This document shows, piece by piece, positions 1 through 12,000 of a DNA stretch of 64,000 nt; position 1 is the stretch's first letter; each line of letters opens with the position of its first letter. Origin of the DNA: Eutreptiella sp. 'Long Island Sound 2002' (Eukaryota > Protista > Euglenida); NCBI GenBank assembly GCA_964036045.1, contig OZ038378.1, forward strand, positions 171,554,001 to 171,618,000, written 5' to 3'. A program made the position numbers and the translations under genes. The notes below the pieces were generated by a model, which was not told the DNA's origin, ran no database searches, and saw only the letters and a list, made by a program, of their open reading frames with translations.

Positions 1-3000
1 TGAAGAATACAATGCCCCAGTACCACGATTCATTCGAGTCAACCCCCGCAATGGCATTTCCGAGGCTGAGCTGAGAACCTGTTTCGGGAGTTCTCTTCGA
101 CCAGTTGCATGGTGTGCTCCATCCATTGTGCCTGTGGCTTGTGACCTCTCTTGTCAACTGCAAAGAGGCCTGGTGTTATGGGGGAACGCTGTCCAGTCCC
201 CCCCCCCCCCCCCCTCCCCCCCCTGAGTCAGATGGATTGCGGGCAGCCTCCACCACTGGAACATGCAACAGCAGGTACGCCTCATGGGGAAGGTGCTACT
301 GCCTAAACAAGGGCTGACCACAAACAGGAAATGCAACAGCAAGAAATGCACAAATTGAAAACTTGGCAAAACAAGCAACGGGAGAATCCGCCCCCTGTAG
401 TGCCAGCCCCTGAGGAAGTACTGGTTGGTGTTGATGGGCCGAGCGTGTATGACAATGGCCGCAGAGGAGGGAGTAGGAGACCTGAACTGAACCAATAACC
501 CCAGGATAGGAAACCTTTGCAGGGCCCAGAAACGCCCAAAAGCGGAACGTTCCCTGAACACCATTTAGAAAATTGGGGGGAAATGGAAAAATGGGGGAAA
601 TGCGGGGAAACTGATTTTTTTTTTGTGAATTCTTGTTGGGAACATGGGAAAATCGCAGGCCAAAACCCCCAAAATACATGGTTTGGGAGTGGAGTGGGGG
701 GGGGGGGGGGAGAAGTGGTGTCCTGTGCAGCAATGTTTCCTCAGGCAGGATGCCAAACAAGTCCAGATGACATCACATTTCACCAAAAGGGGGTATGCGG
801 GTCGGACCGACTTACACATGAAGCAAATTACCGAAGGTCAAAATTAGCCAACAGAGCCCATTTTTTGGTCAATGTTTTTTGGGTGATTTTTCGGTATTGT
901 AAGGGGACGTCACCTTTCCCCGCCACAATGCAGCACAATGCAACGGAAAACTGATGTGAGTTGCACCATTCATAAGAGAGACGTGTTCGTGCCGTCAAAG
1001 AACCACACTCACAAGGATGCTGGGTCTCTTTAGGATGAAGCTTCTTGAGAATGTCAAACATGGGTTCAATGGAGGGCACATCTCCCCATAGGGCTCGCGG
1101 AATCCCATGAGCGGACAATGGAGTCCACCGGCAGGTCCTTAATGGCCCCTGCCAATAAAGCATATTTACACTTTCGGGGTGCAGGCAAGTGAGAAACGAA
1201 CATTTTGGCATAAGCCATGTCGTTGGAATTGCACGCAAATATATCCTCAACCCATGCATCTCAACCTCGGCAAACATGTGTTTTAACTGTGGTGATAATA
1301 AACTGATCCACAGGTTGGTAAGCAGGAGTAGCCTTCTCAAGGATCTTACATGCACGGATCCTGTGGTGTTTAAGAGGCTCATCCCCTGAGTGTTGTGGCG
1401 CCTCATCCGCTATCAACAAAGCCTCCTCTTCGGTCTCTAGTCTTCGATGAACCACTATCACGTGATTCCCCAAGTGCTTGTAAAAAAATAAGATTGCCTG
1501 CAGCATTCGTGACAACTATTTAGGTAAACCCAAGTTTCCTTTTTCTGTTTGGGACTTGTCTTTTCAGCGTCCTTGGATGTCATGTCCATCGGTGATTTGG
1601 CGCCAACAACACCAGAAATTCGTCCAAATTAAACACCAATTCTTTGCATGGCACACTGCTGCATAAGGTGGCCAGTCCACAGAATGTAGGTGATAGCGGC
1701 CCCACTCTGCCCCCATGACAAAGACGTGTCCGACTCACAACACCACGGGCAACAGAGGCAACACTATTTGCTTTTTGCAATCAGTGACTCACAATTGGGC
1801 TTGGCGCTCAGTTTGGTGACGGCATCTTGAACTTCAGCACACTCAGCTTGAGACAGAATCCTTTTGCGACCTCGTTTCCGAGTGTGAAAATAATCACTAT
1901 TTTTTTTTTAAAAAAACTTCAGCCACCCCTAAACTGTGTGGTACCCCAACATGTGCTCCCTCTCATCACCCCTTTGATGTCGTCGTATAGCCCTAGCAAT
2001 GCCATGTTGCCTTGCCTAGTCAGTAACTGTTTTGATTACTCATCACTCCAATTGTGCCAAGGGGCTGACAAACCAGGTCTTGCCTTGTGCGCATTGACCA
2101 CAACAGTTGGAACAACACGCACATCCACGACAAAAATAGACCGTGCAAGAAAGAGGGCCTGCAGTGGAAAAAAAAAAGATTAAGACCTTGGGGCCCACAA
2201 AGTGCGGTAAAACCACGATTAACCTTTATTTTTGGTTAATTTTTTTGGGTAATTTTTTGGGGGGCAATATTTGCCTTGGGTGATTTTTGCTGGGACTGCA
2301 TCAAATAGGCGCGCAATGAAGAGGATGGGCAGGAGGGGGCACAAACTTCCCCATTTTGCCCCATTTTGCCCCTTTTTTTCAAAATGTGGGGAAATGGGAT
2401 GGCCCTCCCCTGGATCCACCAACAAAAACCAACCCAGATGACAGGGCAGTTTTTGCATATTGTTTTCATTTTCTGTATGGCTGACCACCACCCACCCCCA
2501 CTGTCCCAACCCGACAGTGTGTGGAGCCCTGGCTGTGCCGCAAACCTCTTCGAACACCAAGAGGGAAGAGCAACACGCAGACCGGTGTAGACAGCTAGGG
2601 GCATGGACGACAGCAGGACGTTCTTTAAGGACCATTTCAACTGGGTTTCCTTTTTGGCTCAAGGCACAAGTACGCCCCAACCCCAACTCCCAACCCGTAG
2701 GACTCGAGACAGCACGGGTTGCGTAGGCACTTTGCCCACATGTGGCCCCCGAGACGGGAAAGAGGACGTAGCCATTTCTGATTTTAGGTTGGGGTTATGC
2801 CTTTTGAATTTGCTATTCAAAGTGAGGGTTTTTCGGGCTACATAGATCCCAAGCAATGCAATGGGAAACCATCAAACACCTCCAATGTCACTACCTGTTG
2901 AGTTGGCCATTCAAAAAGTATTGGTTTGGGGGCCACATAGATTGTAGACAAATGCAGTGGGATACCATCAAAGGCCTTCAATGTCAACGCCCATTGGATT

Positions 3001-6000
3001 TGCTATTCAAAGTTCGGTTTTTTTGGGGGCGCCGCATAGATCCCAGACACTGCAATTCGAAACCATCAAACCCCCATAACCCCCATTACCCCCCATTCCC
3101 CTCGCATTTTCCCCCATTCCCCCCATTTTTCCTGCTGGCGGGTGCTTTTCAGCTTGCCAGCCCAGCCGGGAGCTTCTGCGGCCTGCCTTTGATAATGCAG
3201 GGCACGAACTCAAAGCAACATTCGGAACAGCATCGTGTTTGGAAACTTCCAATGGAACAATGTTGATGAACCCGAGCGATTCAGTGGAAATGGTTCGTGG
3301 CCCCCGCATGCACACAGCAATCCCCCATCCCCCACTGCCCACACACGCAGTGCAACCTGTGTGGCAAAGAAAAGCCAAATGCAAAATGCCTGGAAATACT
3401 GTACACCACTGATGGGTAACGATTGGTGCTCTGGAACCCCATGGCCCTTTGTTACATTTCACACATCAGTGGCGCCCTCCAAACTTCATTTTCTTGGAAA
3501 AGACTTTGTGTGACGCATGCTGGCACCAGCATGGGAGGGGGACCCAGGGGCAGACACAGCCATTGTGAGCAGAGGGACAACTGTCTCATTTTTTTACTAG
3601 TAACATTTTTTCTCCCATGGCTTGGGAAAAGCCATGTTTATGTGTAAAAATCCAAACCAATGCGTACACCCAGAAGTACCAACCGGCATGCTTGCTCAGC
3701 GTTTATGGCAAACCCTCTCCCTGGTTTGTCTCAGGCTTCCCAAAGGCTTCTTCTCGCTGGACAGTAACATCAAGATTCACTCCAGTGCGCCATATGCAGA
3801 TGCCCGTGTTTACGGCATCGATGCTGCTTCTGCTGCTGCAGTTATGGCCTTGGCACCAGCTCGTGGCGACGCAGTCCTGGACATTTGCTGTGCTCCAGGT
3901 ATCTCGGACTGCAAGCAACGGCCTCGTTCTTTAGCAAATTTTTCGAGGCCTTCCGTCAAAGGCCTCAAAGGAAGGCCCATTGGCATCACCTGGACACTGA
4001 TGTCCGTGCACATCTCTCAAATCATAGATCCCCGCCCGCCCAGGCAATAGCAGGATTGCTGCTCATAGCCCCTGCACCTGCTCTGTCCAGGCGGCAAAAC
4101 GGCGTTAATTGCAGACATTCTCTGGATGTATGAGCAGTTTGATGGCTGCACAGAGACGCCCTCTGTGGTCACAGGTGTGGACCTCACATGGTGTTACCGC
4201 CAGCGCGTCCCCACAATGTACCCTAACATATTGACCTCAAAAGGTTGCAAGGCTTTTTCTTTGGCCTACACAATTCCCTAGCCCAGAATAGTTGGGGAGA
4301 GGGGCAGGGAAGTATTGGAGGAGAGGGGGCTACCCCCTCCCCCCCCCGAGGGCCAGAGGAGAGAATTGCGCTGTTCCAGGAATGGGTCCTGCCGCTTTTC
4401 ATTTACGCAGCAAGGGCCTACTTCCCCACTGATTATGTGATTGCCAAGGTCACAAATGTGTACAGGGTAACCCTGAGGCTCACCAGCTGGGGGCTGACCC
4501 TCCCCATACTGGCCATGCCGCCGTCGGCGGGAGGGAATCACTTGCCCCACCCACGCGCGTTCCTGCTGTGGCAACATGCCACGGCTTTTTTCAAGTATTT
4601 ACATGAACCTCAGGCAGCACCGTCACTGTCAGGCCTCCACCTGCGGGCGTGGGCAAAGGCGCATGGAGTGTCCCTGGACCCGCGGTTTCTGCCCTGGCTG
4701 CAACTGGGGCCCATCGCCTGGAAAAAGTACCCCTTTCTGGGGATGTCATGCAAAGCTTTTTCACTGCTAGGTAAGCCAGCGCCGGTCCCGCCACCGAAAC
4801 ACGAAGTGATGTCCCAACTGCCAGCGTGGCATACCACCCTGTGCAGGGACAGGCACCTAAACACGCACTACAGCCCCTCTCTGATCGGACGAGGAGTATT
4901 ATCGTTCAGCAACCTACAGGAGACAATGGATGAGGGAGCAACCCTGCCACGCACATGGGCACCAGTGTACGCACAAGGGATCTCACAGGTACAGCAACCA
5001 GCACTGAGACCAGAGGGTAAAGCACCGTAGGAGGCCAGTCCGATGTTTTGGATGGAGTGGAACCGCCGGAAGAAACTCCGGTATCTGTCTGCGCTGACGC
5101 CCGCGCCCCCCAGACAGAACCCGTAGGTGTGGAAGGAGTGGGAAAAACTCCATGTACCACATAGCGATAGGCTCTTTATGCAGATGGTACTGTGGAAGAA
5201 ACTCGCAGTGGGGGTGAGACTGGCCAACTGGCAGCCGGCAGAGACACGGTGCCCAGTCGACGGCCAGATGGAGACCAGCGAACATGCTGTGTGCTTCTGC
5301 AAATATATACCTGTGGCAGCACATATCGCCCAACAATGCATGGGCCCGGCGGCAACACCGGACGGACCAGAAACAGATGCGCAAGTAATACTGTAATAGG
5401 AGAAACCTGAAATTTCCCTGACAACCCCCATGGGCCTGGTGCTCTGGACAGCAGTCCGAGCATCATGGTCAGTACGATGCGCGGTGAAACTCAGTACGCA
5501 CTGGAACTCGGTACGCACAGGTGGACCCTGACGTGGGATTTTTTTGTGAACATGTGGCTGAAAGTATTGCGGGGGTGGGAGGAGATGGACAAGTGCACCC
5601 TACCCAAAGTGGAAGCCAGACAACTCATTGACGCGCTGGTAACAATGCAACAGACCACTGTTTTGTAGCACCCGCGGCAGGCATTGTCAAACACCCGATC
5701 CCCTCCCAAGTTGTGGCGACCGGCCAAACAAAGGAAGAAAAAATTTGACCAAGCGGAGGCACTGAGGTCGGAACACGAACGTGTCACGACGGTGTAAAGG
5801 GCACAAGGCTGGAACATTGTGTATCCGGATGGCTCCTCAGAAGACCACCCCGTAGTGGGCAGGGTGGGGGGGTTCGGAGTGTTTTTTGGCGACGAAAGGG
5901 ACACAGCCGCCTACATACCCTTGGATGAGGAACAAACCAATATCCGGGGTGAACTGCGAGCGTCACTGCATGCATTGGAGAGACACCGCCTAGGGGAGAG

Positions 6001-9000
6001 ATCAGTGATCTGCCCTGACTGCGAGTTGATAGTCAAAGGCGTCCTGGAGTGGGCGCAACGGTGGAGGCGTCATAACTGGACCAACACAAAGGGCCCAATG
6101 CAGCACCGAGATTTGTGGGAACAAATACTCACAATCACGGAGCGGCTGGGAGAACTGGTCAAGTGGCTCCACACCCCATTGCACATAGAAATCCCAAGGA
6201 ATTCCCGCGCAGACCACTTGGCAGACGTGGGAAGGCAAAAATCACCCCTGCACGGACAAATATCGGCGCATCCAAGGTGCCAGGAAGAACCGGAAGAAGA
6301 AGAATGGGAAGAGGAACCGATAGAGGGATGGGAGGGGTGGGAGCCAGAGGCGGACGACGAAGCCCCATCACAACCCCCCCCCCCCCTCGCCGGAGAAACA
6401 GCTACAGTTCACACCATAAAGACCAAGTGGGAAGGGCGGGCGGACGTGTCACCAGGACACCCACCGCTGTCCCCCCTGTGGGACATCGCGGTATGTACCC
6501 CCACCCAGCAGGCGAAGAGGCCCCGGCTACAGACCCCCCTCCACCTATCCCTGGTCTGCATGCCGCGCCCGGCAGGGGAGGAGGCAACGCCCTCCTCACA
6601 GGCTGGGGCAGTCACACCATACTGTGTAGGGATAATGAGAAACACGTTCCACACTCCCCAGTCACCAATGACGCCACGCGTGTCCATGAGGTTACTGGAC
6701 GCCCTGAAACTAGTACCAATGGAGGAGAGCAGGGAACTCTCCCTGACACCAAGGTCGGTGGAGTCCCACACATCGACGGCCTCCACCATAACATGCAGCA
6801 CAGAGGGCTCACAGTGCTATATGCCGTGATCTGCAGCTGGCGGCAATGGAGGAACCCGATCGGCTACCCAGCAGCTGCTTGGGGGAATCCCAGCAAGCAG
6901 AGAGCGAACCCCCATCCCCTGCATATTGAATGTACCTTGACCTTAACCGACCCTCTGGGTTTTTCAACCTAAGGTCCCGTTAAAGCCCAACCATGTGTGG
7001 CCAAATGGGGCCAGCAATCCATGCAGCACAGGAAGGGAGTGACCACTGACCAGGATGCACGCAGAACCCGGTAGAGCCCAAACAGCCAGCACGGATAGCG
7101 GGAGCAGGAGCGAGGGCTGACCTTTGGACACATCTCGCACTGTGAAAGCGCCGAGTGTCGGCAGATGGACAGAAGGCGATGACAGCCGTGGGGCAGGCGC
7201 GGCCAGAGCCTAATGCGGACAATGCAACCTGACCATTTGAGGCCGAGGGCCAGAGGCCAATAGGCGCCGCCAAAGGCAAACAAACCAACACCATGGCCTC
7301 GTGCCAACCCCCCCCCCCCCCTCCAGACCAAAGTGACCTTGCTGGATACATGAAACAATTGATGTCGTGGCTCTGCAGCGTTGATACATGTCGTACTTTT
7401 GAGAATGCCAGAGTGACCATAGTGGGGAAAAACGAAACCCCCCCCGCCCCCCTGCAATTTCCCTCCAAAACAACAATCAATGTATAGTTCCCTGTGAGAG
7501 ACCTGGCAGCGTGTGCAATGCATCCTCTGATAGTTCTCGCTTGAGTGGTTAGTAACTGTGTCAGCTGTGTTGTTATTGCACACATGGCGGATGGACCCAG
7601 CCATGTGTGCAGAGCATCCAATGCCAACCAATGCAGTGTTGTGCTGCTGCTCCGAAACGGTTGTCCGACCAATGAATACCTTTGGCACATGCAATGTTTG
7701 GGACCTTTGGCACGAAAAGATGGAAAGACATCGGAAAACTCGAGAGAAATTGAAGCAAAGTTGGACGTGAATCTATGATGGTTTTGGAGAGCATTCATGA
7801 AGAGCCAGACAGTTTGTCAGCATCATGGATGCCATAGATTTGGACGGAAATGACGTCTGTTGTGTAACGGGGAGGGGCCGGCCCAGCAAATGATCCACAA
7901 CGTCGGAGCATAAAACGCAGGTGCAAATTTCCAATCAGCCCCGCCATGTTTTTTCTGATGTAAGAATTTGTAGGAGGATTTCCTCCTTTTTTTCAGCAAG
8001 GCTTCTGATTGCCCTTGCTCACTGATGAATCGTTTTCTCCCACCCCGTTGCATTGTATGTCGAGGCTGTAGTTAGTGGGCATAGAGCTGCAGAAACGCAC
8101 GGTTTTGTACAAGTCTCCACCTGCACAGCCGTTGCAGAGAGGTGCCTGTTCAGCTGCAGCGCCCTTCTCCCTGGCCCAGATCTCTATGTTCTCTCACAAG
8201 GTGTGGACATTAGTGTGCAACGGCTGCATACTGCACGCAGCATTGCACGGAAGTATAGCATCGACAATTGCCGGCTTGTGTTGGGGGATGGTACGTCGTG
8301 GAGACCCTGGGGTTCGACAGCCACCGATCAGGTGTTGTGCGCCCCTCACCCGCCGCCCCCATGAATGGGGTTGGGCCTGGGCTGGCTGAAACAGGTGGAC
8401 AGTCCCTGAGGCCCGGGAACTGGGAGGATTGCCCAAAGCCTGTAGGCCCGCCAACTGGATCACAATTGGTGATCTGCCTGTAATCCTGCCGAGCATGGGG
8501 TCAAAATAGGACTGCAGACCGTGATGGCCCTCTCGGCGGGGATGACCGGCCAGTCGACAGTGGTTGACGACCAGGTGCCGGCAGTCGACGGCAAACCGCC
8601 GGTGGTTAACCGCCAGCTACCCATGGTTCCAGAAGAAAGCGTGTTTGTTGCCACGAAGTGCTGTCAGTTGAATTCCAACTGCTAATGGGTTGGTGACCAT
8701 TGATTACTGGCCTGGCGCTGTTGGTCGAGTGTTGTTGCGCGCGTCATATTTGGTGAATTGTGACATCAACAGGTGTTCAGCATGGAGTCCAGCCACCCCC
8801 CCCCCCCCCCTGGAAATTGGCAGGGAAGTGCCGGACCATGGGTGCCGAAGGCGTCCTAAGGGAATTTTGCTGGATGTGGCAGATGGAGCCTAGATTCCAC
8901 ATCGCTGATTGTTCTTCAACATTTGCGTTGAGATGTCTTAAGAGGTACAGTGACTCCATTGGCGTGTACAAGTGACACCCTTCAGCATGCAAACGCACTG

Positions 9001-12000
9001 TTCAATGGTGCATGCCTTGTTCCATGCGCCTTGCCTCGGTTGTGGAGAGCCCTCTCCAATCGTTCACAGTCCTTAGTCTGGCTGACATTGAAGCGCTGTC
9101 CCCCTTCGCCTTCCCTCGGGGCAGTGCAAGGCCGGGTGGTCCGCAAAGGCATGGAAACGACGGGCCAAACCATCGGTGTACGGTGCAATAGTGAAGGTCT
9201 TCGGGTTCTTTGCGCATGTCTGTGTATGACGCCGTGGGTGGGGGCCAGGGCGTGTTTGCGGATGAGAATGGAACGCCTGTTCATTGTCAAGGGCATCTCC
9301 ATTCTGCGAAGAGTCCTAAGGTGGCCCACAGCGACTCAGGGTGCTTCTCCGCCCGGTCCGCGAGTTCTGGGGGTGTGCGTCACCAACCCTGCCATTATTG
9401 CTGCCGCCCCCGCCTCGGCACATCAGCCTCTGCAGCCTGCAGCGCCCCTGTCTGTGGATGCATGCATTGCGCTCCCCTGATGCAGTGTGCGAGAGCCAAC
9501 CAATCGTTGCGTTCCTGTTCAGGGCTGGTGGGAAAACGAAGTGCCACTCTGTGTTGCCAACCCCAAAAAGTTCCGCAAAAAGCTGCACCAGTGGACCTCC
9601 TCCCCAAGCCCTCCCGCAGAGACCTCAGCCCCTAACACTAGTGAGGGCCCTGTCAAGTCCCCCACCTGGTGTGTCCCTTTGTTGCGTGTGCATGCTTGTG
9701 TCCCTCTGTCCGTTTGTGCCCGGGTGGTGTGCAGGGGCCCTGCAGAGGAGGTCTGTGAGAGAAGGCCCCACACAGTGCGCGCTGTGCGGCGGGAATGCCA
9801 CCTGTTGAGGGCTGTCATTTTACACTTGGTTACGCGTAAACTAGGCATAAATGTTTACGCGCGGACACGCAACCAGGCGTAAACGGTCACGTGTAACCAG
9901 GTGTAAAAGGTTTGTATTTGTGTCAGAGGTGAAGGTGGGGAAGGTGGTGTAGGAGGAACGTGCAGGGGGCTAGGTCATCAACAGGCAGGTGGATCATCTT
10001 AGATCACCTTGGAGGCAGACATTTTAGCTGAATGCACGTGAGAACAGGAAATTCAAGACATGTCATGCACAACCCCATGTCACACGCAACCATTGACCAC
10101 TCTTTGTCTGCCCCACCTGTGGCAACCCCCCCCCCCCCCCACACCACCCTGGTGAACGTTGATGTTGGAATGTTTGTGAGGAAGGGGTCTTATATCATTT
10201 CTTCCTGTCTACGAACGCCGAGAATGTCACCATTACATCGACATATGTGCACAGGTAAACGATGCTCTTGTTTTTGAGGATTGGGGCTGAAGGCTTTCCT
10301 TAATATTGTCCCTTCGCATCTACAACATGCTGACATCTAGACAGTATCTACAATTGGCTCTTTTGTGCAAGAGGCACATGCAAAAGGAATGGATGGGATG
10401 GGCTGGAAAGGGCTGGATGGGAGGATAGGGATGGGATGGGATGGGATGGGACGGGATGGCATGTGCCGATGAATGTTGGTGTCGGACTCCTGATTTCGTA
10501 ATGGCTGCCATTTACACGCAAACTGTTTACACCTGGCTACGCTTAAAAAAATATTTCTGCCTCGTTACACAAAAACAGGTGTAAACATTCGGGCTCCCTG
10601 TGTAGCCCTGTATAACAAGCTGTAAACATTTGCATATAAACCCGTAAATGTTTACAGGGCAACATGCATATTTTTGCGCAACCGTTTACACCAACTGTTA
10701 ACGCGTAAACATGTGTAAATGCACAGGGCTGCACCTGTTGGGGTCCCGTTGCAGAGATGTTACAGCTTGTGTTCTGATGTTTCCAATTCACCATGTTGTG
10801 TCCCGAATTCATGATTTTTGGGCACCAGGAGAGGTGTCCGCCAAGCCCAACTGCCAGGACCGTAATTTGCCCATTAGCGATTTACATGACACATTTCACA
10901 GGAACGGAAACCTGGTTGCCTGGCCAACTGTTTTGCTTGCACGACGCTGCAAACAATACTGCATGCCAGTGCACGGCTGAGTCAAGAAACCATTTCCCTC
11001 AGTGGTGGAGAGCACTCAACACTTCACCGTCTGGGAGTGCCCACACGCGAAGCCTGTAAGCTCTAGCAGGGCCGTCCTACGGCATGGAGGTAGAGCACCT
11101 TCCTGCTTCTGGGACCCTAACGCGGCAGGAGTTACGTAGCCATTTATCTCCTCCCCTTCCCCAACCTTTTTTTCCCTTTCCCCCCAACATGCATACCTCC
11201 AAATGATCAGCATGACCTGGCGATCACTTTGAGATATCTGTTGGGATCCGCCAGCACCCCAAATCCGGCCTTTGTCGGGTGAAAGTGAGGAGGTTTGGAG
11301 GGTTGGAAAAGGGCCTCCTGAGGGGGTACCCGGCATTTATGAGCTAAAATGATCCTCATGAGGTATGTATGATAGGAGGAACGCCTTCAGGCGCTCAGGG
11401 GGCTCGGGCCACCCAATTTCAAGCCAGGTCTCTCAGTCAAACCTCGGTGAGGAGTCGTGTCTCTGACCACGGAGAGCCCCCCCACGCCCCTGCACACCCC
11501 ACTGCCATGTGCTTTTCGTCTGCCCTGTTGTATTTCAACCCAGCGTTTTCTTGGTGTAGCACCCACCTGGCAGGAGGGGTGGATGCTTGCCTTTTCTGGA
11601 AAAGTTGGGGACCCCTTCGGTCCAGCCCCCGTCCCTCGTGTTGGGGGGGGGGGCATTAGTAGGAAAGTGCTGACTGGGTCCCCTCAATGTTTCTTTATTT
11701 TTTCCTAATGGTCAGTTGGCGGTTACCTCCTTGGCTGAGCCCATAGGCCAGGGCTGTGCGGCAGGTGAAGAAATGGGTGGCCCTCTTCACCCCCCCACCC
11801 CCACCGAGGCCTTGTGCCACCCCCCCCCCCCCCCTTTTCGCCTGTGGCAAAGAAAAGGCTTGGTTTCAACAGATTTCTGCGTTTATCTCCCATTTCCCTT
11901 TGCCCCTGATTTTCCCATCCCTCTCTTTGCAGGCCTGCGGTGCCTGAAACAGGTATCCACCTGCTGGAGCCTGACAGTGCGAGCCTGCGCAGCCAGCACA

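Noticed and set aside
332-497. RNase H-like start (EVLVGVDGPSVYDNG)
   Set aside because: Too short and ends at a stop; no second motif.
2603-3294. ORF pieces at 2603 and 3201 as 5' exons of the methyltransferase
   Set aside because: The conserved N-terminal segment (PRFIRVNP..PVAW) is at 1-111 and splices in phase to 3735.
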